Part shown: positions 10,633-21,441 of the stretch, one piece after another
How positions within the stretch are numbered: the stretch's first letter is position 1
How the letters are laid out: each line of letters opens with the position of its first letter
Source of the DNA: Somniosus microcephalus
Lineage: Eukaryota
DNA: 64,000 nt
Direction of reading: 5' to 3'
NCBI GenBank assembly: GCA_052327205.1
Contig: CM126232.1
Span: 13,206,001 to 13,270,000 of the forward strand
The notes under the pieces: model-generated
The model's database searches: none
Told to the model about the DNA's origin: nothing
Seen by the model: only the letters and a program-made list of their open reading frames with translations
Program-made: the position numbers and the translations under genes

Positions 10633-13600
10633 TATTATGTCCGTGAATAATTGAGACACGGACTGCAGGAGTTGATTATAACAAGTCTTTACTGAATGGA
10701 GACAACCTGGAAACTGAAACTACAGAAGCCTGCTAGGGCCTTTTATACAGGGGTGGTCACTGCCGGTACTGCAGTCTGAGACCAGTATATAAACAGTACA
10801 TAACATTCATTTAACAACTAAATAATAACTAATTACAATTACAATTACGGTTGCTAGATACATTGGTTGAAGTTAAGCAATTATAAGTTCAGTCTTTGAG
10901 GAGGCTTCCTGATTCTGTCTGGATAACGCCTCTTTGGGATATCAGGTTCTTCTGGTGAGGTTGAGTCGGGATCAATGTCATTGTTTGGTTCGTCTGCTTC
11001 CAATATCACCGATTCTGCGGTAGATGCAATTGGTACTTCGGTTTCATCGCCAGGTGTATCAGATCGTGGTGTGGAGTTGACGTTTTCCAGTGACTAGAAT
11101 CTGGTCAGCATGGCGTCTTACAATGCTCTCTCCAACGTCCACGGTATACATTAGAGGTCCTTGCTGTGTACAGATCGTTCCTGGCTGCCATTTCTCTGTG
11201 CGGTAGTCCCGGGCCAAAACTGGTTGACCAATCTTAAAACTCCTGGTCGGCCTTTCATTCATATTCTGAAACTGCCTGTTCTCCACATCTCTTCTGCCGT
11301 TTGGCTTAACCAAATCCAAGCGGCATCGTAGTCTTCGATTGAAGAACATCATGGCTGGAGTTTGGTTGGTAACCGCATGTGTCGCATTCCGGTAGGCAAA
11401 CAAGAAGTTATCCACCTTGTGTTGTAGGGGTATATCTTCATTACACATTGCCTTGATAGCCTTCTTGAATGTTTGAATGAACCTCTCGGCCAATCCATTA
11501 GTGGCTGGATGATATGGGGCGGATGTGTAATGCTTAACACCGTTGTTCTTTAAGAACCTCCGGAACTCTTCAGACACAAACTGTGGTCCATTGTCAGAGC
11601 AAATCTGTTCAGGCAGCCCATTCCTGGTGAATATGGTTCGTAAGACTGTGATCGTTTTTTCTGTGGTGGTTGAGGACATTTTTATTACCTCTGGCCACTT
11701 TGTGCATCCACCGCAATTAAAAACATCGAGTCCATAAAGGGACCAGCAAAATCAATGTGCACCCTTTGCCATGGAGATGAGGGCCACTCCCATGGATGTA
11801 GAGGGGCTTGTGGTGGGGCGTTTTGGACCTTCTGGCATCCTGTACAGCTCTTGGTCATCTCTTCGATTTCTCTATTGATTCCCGGCCACCACACAAACGC
11901 TCTGGCTAAGTTCTTCATTTTTACCCCTCCCAGATGACCCTCATGAAGCTCATTGAGCACTCTATCCTTCAATTTGGGTGGAATTACTACTCTGGATCCA
12001 CACATCAAGGTCCCTCTGCACACTGACAGCTGTTCTCTTCTCGGCGAGAATGCTGGCAGCAGTGGTTCGCCATGTGCTGGCCATCCCTTCACCGTTAAAT
12101 CATAGACCCAGGAGAGTGTCGGGTCATTTCGTGTTTCCTTTTCTATGTTTGCATTCGTCACAGGGAGACATTCGACTATAGTCGAGTGGAATAACTCCAC
12201 TGGATCCACTGCCAGTTCTTCTTCCACCGTCGGCAACGGTAGGCGCGACAATCCATCAGCATTCCCATGCTGTTTAGTTCCTTTGTACTCGATGTCATAT
12301 TGGTGTGCCCCTAGGAAAAGGGACCACCTCTGTAGCCGTTGTGCCGTCATTATCGGTACGCCCTTCTGAGGGTTGAAAGTGGAGACGAGAGGTTGATGAT
12401 CAGTTAGTAGAGTAAATTTCTGACCGTGCAGGTAGTGATTGAACTTCTTCACCCCCCACACCAGGCTGAGGGCCTCTCTGTCAATCTGGGCGTAGTTACG
12501 CTCGGCTGAAGCTAACGAGCGTGACGCAAAAGCTATCGGCCTCTCTGAACTATCAAGGAATTTATGTGACAGTACCGCCCCAACACCGTAGGGAGACGCA
12601 TCACACGCCAGTCTTATTGGTAGTGATGGGTTGTAGTGAGCCAATACTTCTCTTGAAGTGATTAGGTCCTTACTCTTCTGAAAGGCCCGCTTGCATTCAT
12701 CGCTCCATTTCCATGCTACTCCCATTCGTAGTAGGGCGTTCAGTGGATGCAGAATTGTGGACAAATTCGGCAAAAACTTATGGTAGTAATTCACCAATCC
12801 GAGGAATGACCTCAGTTGCGACACATTTTCAGGCGCTGGAGCCTTAACTACCGCTTCAATTTTGTCAGGGGACTTATGCAACCCCTCTTCATCAATCATG
12901 TGGCCACAATACGATATCTGTTTCTTAAAAAACTCGCACTTAGGGCGATTGGCTCGTAGCCCATGTTCACGTAGTCTAGTGAGCACCTGCTCTAGGTTGG
13001 CAAGGTGTTCACTGTCATCTTCACCTGTCACTAGGATGTCGTCCAAGTAACACCGAGTCCCCGGAATCCCTTGCAGGACTTGTTCCATCGCTCTTTGCCA
13101 TATCGCCGGAGCTGATGCTACTCCGAATACCAGTCGATTATACTGGTAAAGACCTTTGTGAGTGTTTATCGTGAGATACTTCCTAGAGGATTCTTCAACC
13201 TCCATCTGCAAATATGCTTGTGCTAGGTCAATTTTTGTAAAATGCTTCCCTCCAGATAGTGAGGCGAAGATATTTTCTATCCTTGGAAGAGGATATTGTA
13301 CTGTGTCAAGGACTGGGTTCACCGTCACCTTGAAGTCCCCACAGATGCGAACCTTCCTTGGCTCCTCAGACTTATTGTTTAACGTTTTCTTCATGACAGG
13401 AACGATGGGTGTCGCCCACTCGCTCCAGTCTACCTAAGATAACACGCCTGCCTTCTCCAGATTCTCCAGCTCTGCCTCGACGGCTGGGCGAATTGCATAT
13501 GGTACCGGTCTTGCTTTGAAAAACTTGGGAATTGCATTCTCCTCTATTTTTATTGAGGCAGTTACGCCTTTAAGAGTGCCCAGTTCTTGTTGAAATACCT

Positions 13601-15739
13601 CTTTGGCGTCAGCTAAGATTGTTGACCATCGTCCAGGAGTGACGTCGTCATCCTTTTTACCAGCCACCGTCAGTGCCTGAATGGAGTGCCAGTCTAAACT
13701 TATCTTTCTGATCCATTCACGTCCCAATAACGGTGGTCCACCATCTTGCAGAGTGTAGGGATACAATTTCCGTATTTTCTTGCCGTTGTATTCGACAGGC
13801 ACCCTTATTTTTCCTCTGGGGTATACTTTTTGCCCCGTATACGTCCTCAAGACAATGGATGTCTCTCTCAAGGGTATGTGTGAGAATAGCCGCTCGTAGT
13901 CTCGTCGATTCATGACGGTTAGAGCTGATCCTCTATCCAATTCCATTTTGACTTGGGACCCTGCTATCGTGAGGGTGACCCAAATGGTTCGGTGATCCTC
14001 TTTTGCGATTACGTTGTGAAGTTTGAGACAGCTTAGTCTCTTATTCCCGGATTCACTATCTGGTCTTCGGAACTACTGTCCGTCATCTTTTGTACTTTCC
14101 TGTACGGTTCCTTAGTAGCCTTTTTGTTGTCGTTGGTCTTCTTCCCAGACCTGCAAACTCGTGCAATGTGTCCCATCTTTCCACATTGCCTGCATATTTT
14201 GTCCCTGGACCAGCAGTCCTTCTGGTCATGGTTTGTCCTGCCGCAGCGATAACATTTTGCAAATCCCCGTGTCATTTCGTGGGTGCCGTATTCTTGTGGC
14301 TTTTGTTGTATTTCCGCAGCTCCCCTTGCTGCTGCTTCGTACGATACTGCCAACGCTGAAAGCCTTATCTAGCGTCGGCTCTTTCTCTGAGAGTAACCTC
14401 TTCTGGGTTCCTTCACTCAGGAGTCCACAGACAAATTTGTCCCGTAAGGTATCTGCCAGTCCTGCTCCGAACTGGCAGTGCTTTGATAGCTTGCGTAGTT
14501 CCGTAAGGTAATCAGCATTGCTCTCATCTTTATGCTGATTTCTCCTGTGGAATTTAAATCTTTCTGCTATCAGCAGCGGTGTAGGATTTAGGTGTTCCTG
14601 TAGGATAGCAACAATTTCGTTAAAACTCTTCACCTTCGGTTTGGCTGGAGTAATCAGGTCCCGCAATAGGCCGTACGTTCTTGCGCCCATTAAATTTAGC
14701 AATACCGATGCCTTTTTCTCATCGGCTATTTTGTTTGCCTCGCAATATACCTCGACTCTTTCCACATACGTGGTCCAGTCTTCTATTGCATTATCGAAGG
14801 CAGTGATGTCGCCAGTCTTTGGCATCTTGAAAATCTAAGATGGCGCCTCCCGCGCTTTGCCTTTGTCCCCGATGGATCAAAATGGCGCCTCCCGCGCTTT
14901 TCCTTCTTCCCCACCGAGTTAAGATGGCGCCTCCCGCGCTTTCCTGCCGCTGCTGCCAACGCTGTTGCTGGCGATTATATTTATTTTACTATCCTGTAAT
15001 GGCGACGCCCTATGGTCTTCGCGCCTCCCCGATCGCTGCTGCCAACGCCGCTCTCCGCGGTATTTTTATTTTTCTATCGCGCTTCAATATTTGCTCCGTT
15101 AATTGAAGAACCGTTCCCGTCGTGGAGTGGACCCTCTGGGACACTTCCCTCCCTCTTCGGTCCGAACGCTGCCCGGCTGCGAAGCACCGGCCGCGCCCTG
15201 TGTGCTCCACCCTCTCTCTCTCTCTCTCTCTCTTTGCTTCCCGACTGGCTGCCCAGCCCCGTTGCAGAGCCACCCGATCGAGCTCTAGCCCGCCGCAGCC
15301 CAGGAAGGATCAGTGCACTACCTGCCACCAGCCCGATTAGAGCTGGGAAACCACAGACTGGAGAACCAAGCCTGGCTCTCGACAGTCTCTCCTGCACTTT
15401 TCAATTCGATGATTTGGAGGGCGGTTGCCCACGGTCGACGCCCGTTTCTCGAGTTTCTTTGGATTATTTTTTTTTTCTTTCTTCTGGCTTCGACCTTCAA
15501 TAACGTCATCTGAGGCGCTGCCGAGTTGCAGGTAAGTTCGTTTCTTACTCGTCGCCAGTATTATGTCCGTGTATAATTGAGACACGGACTGCAGGAGTTG
15601 ATTATAACAAGTCTTTACTGAATGGAGACAACCTGGAAACTGAAACTACAGAAGCCTGATAGGGCCTTTTATACAGGGGTGGTCACTGCCGGTACTGCAG
15701 TCTGAGACCAGTTATTCCCTTAAAGGTACATACACAACA
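10633..15739 (-). mobile_element. Ty3/Gypsy (Mag-like) LTR retrotransposon, full length, defective
   Basis: TSD TGCCC (10628-10632, 15740-15744). 5' LTR 15559-15739, 3' LTR remnant 10633-10786 (2 mismatches in 154 bp). PBS TGGCGACGAG (tRNA-Ser GCU type) at 15548-15557. Domain order gag-PR-RT-RH-IN. Confidence 0.97.
10881..14825 (-). pseudogene. Disrupted gag-pol of Gypsy element 1
   Basis: Two CCHC knuckles, protease LDRGS (mutated from DTG), RT YLDD, RNase H, integrase HHCC and DDE. About 4 frameshifts and a stop at 13434-13436. Ends RKPPQRLNL* at 10881. Confidence 0.93.
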
Positions 15740-16004
15740 TGCCCCATGCTTGCTCTCCCGTCCTTGTGTTTTTCGTTCCTCTTCTCCAGGCTCTGACTCT
15801 TGCTGCGGTTGTGGCTTCCCCTCATGCCAACTGCCCATTGCATCTTTTTGTAAAAGCCCCCGAGAGTTAAACAGGAGTGGGAACCCCGTCTCGCCAACCC
15901 AGGGGTACTGAGGCCAATTGTGGCCCCACCCTCCCCACTCCAAGCCCCACTGCGATCTGTCAACTCCGCAAGGATGAGAGATGGAAGCCAGCCATAATGG
16001 CCAG

Positions 16005-16278
16005 ATCTCCTGTGTTTAGTCACGTTGGCTGAAGGATAAATATTGGCCCAGGGTACTTGGGAGAACTCCCCCTGCTCCTCTTCGAAATAGTGACATGGGA
16101 TATTTTGCGTCCATCCGCGAGGGCAGCCTGAGCCTCGGTTTACTGTCTCATCCGAAAGACTGCACCTCTGACCGTGCAGCACTGGAGTCTCGGCCTGGGT
16201 TATTTTGTCAGATCTCTGGAGTGGGACCTGAACCCTTGACCTTCTGGCTCAGAGGCGAGTGCTGCCCACTGAGCCACT
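16005..16278 (-). mobile_element. DeuSINE 5' half
   Basis: Reverse complement of the head gtggctcagtgggcagcactcgcctctgag and core. Confidence 0.75.
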
Positions 16279-17103
16279 GCCAACGATATAAAAGCAGGTG
16301 AAACGTGTTGGAACAAGTGCGTATCCCCTGGAGATGTTTGGATTGATTCCTGCACGGGATTGGGGCAGTGCTGACATCCCTTTGAGATGCGACAGGTACA
16401 GACAGGCCCTTCTGATGGGAGGTTGCATCAAAACCGAAGCCGATTGATTCTTGTTATTCGCTTGATAATGGCTCACATAAGGAGCTAAAACCAGTTGCAT
16501 TTAGTAATTATGCCCCAGCCTCAAAAGTGTTGCAAGGAATACGACTTGGTGGTCTCTGGGAATTTGGATCGAGGGAGGAGCCAAGCCACACCATTCAAAC
16601 ACAAGCACACTATTGTGACTTGCGGAGTCATGTCTGACTGGTAGCACCTATTTGAATTTGGCCGATGGTTATTCAAACCCACAAGCCCCGGCAACCGGTT
16701 TTGGGAGGATTTATTAACTAGGAATGTTCAAATCGGAGAATTCATCGGGTAGCTTTTGTAGTTGATGGGAATAGAATGTTAATTCGAAAATATGGATTGG
16801 ACTCTTTGAGGAGTTGGCATTGTGTGTGCGCGCGCTTACACGCTTACGGGCGTGCGAGCATGGGCGCGCATTTATTGTTCAGTAAGTTGGTTTGGTAGTT
16901 GATGCTGTCACTGCTACAGGGAGATCCTGCAGAGGCGAGCGATCAATTCCTGCAGTTTTTAGGGCCGGGACCTAATTACCTTAACCAGTCGAGGAAATCT
17001 GGCACACTCTCTTTCCCCCAAAAAGCTGGGGGTCAATTGAAAATTTCAAAACGGAGTTTGATGGATTTATGTTGGGTAAGGGTATTAAGGGATATGGCGG
17101 GTA

Positions 17104-17427
17104 CAGGAAACTTTCGATTTACCGGCACCTAAATAACCGGAAATCTCGGTTAACCGGCAAAATTCAGGAGTAGGTTTCACTTCATGTTCTATTTGCCTTC
17201 CTCCGTCTGTTGCTGTGCAAGGGTGTGGCTGCAGCTGTTGCTAAGCTACAGAGACGCTTGGAACTTGTGGCCATTGTTCTACACTTGTTGCTAAGCAACA
17301 GGGTTTGTTGCTTTATATGGAGCTGTCAGCTCTCCCTATCTTTTACCATAGCGTTCAGTTATCCGGAATTTTTGATGAACCAGCACCACGTCAGTCCCGT
17401 CCGTGCCGGATGAAAAAAAGTTTCCTG
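17104..17427. mobile_element. Tc1/mariner (Tigger-like) MITE, same family as 357-672
   Basis: TIRs CAGGAAACTTT...AAAGTTTCCTG with TA TSD. Inserted in a CR1 3' tail (ggatatggcgggTA|...|TAgatggagttgagg). Confidence 0.85.
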
Positions 17428-18419
17428 TAGATGGAGTTGAGGTACAGAGCAGCCAGGATCTAATTGAACAGGCCTAGAGGGGCTAAATGGCGGCCTCCCT
17501 GTTTCTGTCCTAAACATCCGGGAAATGGTAGCCACGGGCACCGAGTCTCTCCACCACCGTGTGACACTAAGGCCGATAATGTATCTGGAGTAAACCCGAG
17601 AAGAGCCAGGCAGGAACATAACGGTTTGTTTCTAAAGGTAAATGTTTGACGTTCGGTGCCAAGGTTGAGCCCGGATCTCGGGAAACGACTCGAGTTGGCC
17701 GGATGTGCCCGACAGAAATGTAGCTGAGTGAAACCAGATTTTGTTGCTTTGTTTCTTGCAGAGCATTCTAACCAGGTTTCCAACCCGCCCACACACTGCA
17801 GCTGTGAGCACGGCTCTCAACCCCCGATCACAAACATACTTACAAATCCAAGGTCTTGTGTCCACCCAGTATTTATTGTTAATGCTGCGATTTGCTCTCC
17901 TGAAGGTCACATCACTGTACAGCTGCGCGCGTTTTACTGTCTCCTAGATTAGATTCCAGCCTGCAACTCCCTCCCTGCTTCTATGTTGCAATCTGCCTGA
18001 TAATCTGAAGGCTGTTCTTTGCACTGAAAACATTCGCAATATCCAATATTTTCAAATTGCGAAGAACAGACTGCCAATGAATCTTATCTGTAGGCGGTGT
18101 CTTACATAGGCCTGTATAATGGGAACAGGAGGAGGCCATTCAGCCCCTCGAGCCTGTTCCACCAGTCTATTAGATCGTGGCTGAACTGCCCCCTCGACTC
18201 CCTTTACCCGCCTTTCCTCCATATCCCTTGATACCCTTACCCAGCAAAAACCTGTCGATCTCAGTCTTGAGCTCCAATTGTCCCCCTGCAGCCTCGGTCT
18301 TTTGAGGGAGGAAATGTAGTATTGTGGGGCGGGTGGGGGTCTGTGTGGGGGCAGCGGTGGTGTGTGGTGGTGGATTGTGTGTGAGGGTTGGAATGTTTTG
18401 GGGCACTGTCTGTGTGGAG

Positions 18420-21140
18420 CCAGTGAGGGGGGAAGTGAGGTTGGGGGTCAGTGTGGGGGGGGGGGGAGTGGGGTTGGGGTCAGTGGGGGGGGGGAGTGGG
18501 GTTGGGGTCAGTGTGGGGGGGGGAGTGGGGTTGGGGTCAGTGTGGGGGGGGGAGTGGGGTTGGGGTCAGTGTGGGGGGGGAGTGAGTTTGGGGGGGTCAG
18601 TGTGGGGGGAGTGAGGTTGGGGTCTGTGGTGGGGGGTAGTGGGGTAGGGGTCAGTGTGGGGGGAGTGAATTTGGGGGGTCAGTGTGGGGGGGAGTGAGGT
18701 TGGGGTCAGTGTGGGGGGGGAATGAGGTTGGGGTCAGTGTGGGGGGAGTGAGTTTGGGGTCAGTGTGGGGGGAGTGAGGTTGGGGTCAGTTTGGGGGGGT
18801 CAGTGTGGGGGGAGTGAGTTTGGGGGGTCAGTGTGGGGGGAGTGAGGTTGGGGTCAGTGTGGGGGGAGTGAGGTTGGGGTCAGTGTGGGGGGAGTGAGGC
18901 TGGGGGTCAGTGTGGGGGGGAGTGAGGTTGGGGTCAGTGTGGGGGGAGTGAGGTTGGGGGTCGGGGGGGTGAGGTTGGGGGTCGGGGGGGTGAGGTTGGG
19001 GGTCAGTGTGGGGGGGAGTGAGGTTGGGGTCAGTGTGGGGGGAGTGAGGTTGGGGTCAGTGTGGGGGGAGTGAGGTTGGGGTCAGTGTGGGGGGCGTGAG
19101 GCTGGGGGGTCTGTGGGGGGGCGTGAGGCTGGGGGTCAGTGTGGGGGGGCGTGAGGTTGGGGGTCAGTGTGGGGGGCGTGAGGTTGGGGGTCAGTGTGGG
19201 GGGCGTGAGGTTGGGGTCAGTGTGGGGGGAGTGAAGTTGGGGGTCAGTGTGGGGGGGAGTGAGGTTGGGGGGGTCAGTGTGGGGGGGGGGGGTAGTGAGG
19301 TTGGGGGGGTCAGTTTGCAAAATGGGACAAACACCCAATTGAGATCCTGCATGCAGAATTCTGTAAAAGTACCCTCCGGACTCGAAGGAAAACCGTAAAC
19401 AATGCATGCAGGGCAGAACTAGGCCAATGTCCATTAATAATTACTATCCAAAAAAGAGCCACCAAATTTTGGAAACACCTAAAAATGAGGCAACCCCCAC
19501 TGCTATCATTACGAAGCCCTGAAATGCCAAGAGATGACCATAAAGAAGAATACCCTCAGTCAACTAGTCCTGGGGACTCAGTGAAGTAACTACTAACAAT
19601 AACCAGCCCCAGGACAGTGACATCGTAGCACAGAGAATTCGACCCAACACAATTGTCACTAAGCAAAAGGAAAAAATATCTGTCATATTGGGCAGAAACA
19701 ACAAAAACCCAAAACAAACTCAATTGCTACTTGACCCTAAACAGACAATACAACATGGCTGAATACCTGACCATGGTAAAGGATAGTAAACTGAGAAAAA
19801 CCTTGACAAGGTACAGACTTAGTGAACATAGCCTGGCCATCGAAAAAGGCAGACACAGACAGACCCGGCTGCCAAGAGAGGACAGGATATGCTCTCACTG
19901 CAGTTAGGGAGTGGTGGAGACAGAGATGCACTTCCTCACAGCTTGTGGAAAATATCAGGACATAAGGGAGAATTTCTACACAAAATTCACAAAAATATGC
20001 CCGGAATTCAGAAATTTGAATGACGACCAAAAACTCCCATACCTACTAGGGAAACAGAGAAATTGTGTAACCTTAGCGGCACACTATGTTACAGCTTGCC
20101 ATAAACAGAGGGACAACCACTAAATCTAAGAAAAGAGTATATACAAATTATATGAATGTATATTTATACACTCGGGGATATCTCTGTTTATACACTGTAT
20201 GGATAGATCTGCGTTTGTGTTCAACCATAAATGTTTTTCGATGCTTTGGCAACATAAGATGTACCTTGTCATGCCAATAAAGCGAATTGAATTGAATTGA
20301 GTGAGGTTGGGGGGTCAGTGTGGGGGGGAGTGAGGTTGGGGAGTGAGGTTGGGGGGGTCAGTGTGGGGGGAGTGAGGTTGGGGGGTCAGTGTGGGGGGAG
20401 TGAGGTTGGGGGGGTCAGTGTGGGGGGGGAGTGAGGTTGAGGGTCAGTGTGGGGGGGGAGTGAGGTTGGGGGGTCAGTGTGGGGGGGAGTGAGGTTGGGG
20501 TCAGTGTGGGGGCAGTGAGGTTGGGGGGGTCAGTGTGGGGGGGGAGTGAGGTTGAGGGTCAGTGTGGGGGGGGAGTGAGGTTGGGGGGTCAGTGTGGGGG
20601 GGAGTGAGGTTGGGGTCAGTGTGGGGGCAGTGAGGTTGGGGTCAGTGTGGGGGGGAGTGAGGTTGGGGTCAGTGTGGGGGGGGCGTGAGGTTGGGGTCAG
20701 TGTGGGGGGGGCGTGAGGTTGGGGGTCAGTGTGGGGGGGTGAGGTTGGGGGTCAGTGTGGGGGGTGAGGTTGGGGGTCAGTGTGGGGGGGAGTGAGGTTG
20801 GGGGGGTCAGTGTGGGGGGGGAGTGAGGTGGGGGGGAGTGAGGTTGAGGGTCAGTGTGGGGGGTGAGTGAGGTTGGGGGTCAGTGTGGGGGGGTAGTGAG
20901 GTTGGGGGTCAGTGTGGGGGGGGAGTGAGGTTGGGGTCAGTGTGGGGGGGTGTGACGTTGGGGGTCAGTATGGGGGGGGAGTGAGTTTTGGGGTCTTTGG
21001 GAGAGTTGGTGAGAGGTTGGGGTCAGTGTGGGGGGAGTGAGGTTGGAGGTCAGTGTGTGGTGTAGAGTGAGGTGGGGGGAGTGGGTTTGGGGGTCTCTGT
21101 GGGAGAGGTGGTGTGAGGTTGGGGGCCTCTGTGGGAGAGG
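18420..21140. repeat. G-rich minisatellite (~27-30 bp unit), interrupted by a LINE
   Basis: Unit gtgaggttgggggtcagtgtggggggga with variable G-runs. Ends ~55 bp before the LPAR2 last-exon acceptor. Confidence 0.95.
19315..20299 (+). mobile_element. 5'-truncated non-LTR retrotransposon with C-terminal CCHC (RTEX-like)
   Basis: LTRYRLSEHSLAIEKGRH...CSHCS*GVVETEMHFLTAC, ending gccaataaagc(gaatt)n. Clade assignment is from memory. Confidence 0.75.
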
Positions 21141-21196
21141 TGGAGCCCTTCCATCCATGCTCCGCTTGTAACCGATTTCCTGTCTCGCCATTCCAG

Positions 21197-21441
21197 GTGC
21201 ATTTGTTATCTGCTGGACTCCGGGCCTGGTGGTGCTGCTGTTGGACGGTGTGGACTGCAAGAGCTGTCACGTTCTGAAGGTGGAGAAGTACTTCCTGCTC
21301 TTGGCTGAGCTGAACTCCTTGGTCAATCCCTTGATCTACTCCTACCGGGACAACGAGATGCTCAAGACCTTCAAACAGATCCTGTGCTTCCCGTGTCGGA
21401 GGAACACGGCCTACGCCAGCTCGGTCAAATCCACACCCTGA
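21197..21441 (+). CDS. LPAR2: LPAR2 last coding exon (TM6 end, TM7, C-tail)
   Basis: Acceptor ttccag| in phase 1, then AFVICWTPGLVVLLLDGVDCKSCHVLKVEKYFLLLAELNSLVNPLIYSYRDNEMLKTFKQILCFPC. Matches the LPA2 CWTPG / NPxxY region and the conserved mid-TM6 intron of LPAR1-3. Confidence 0.9.
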
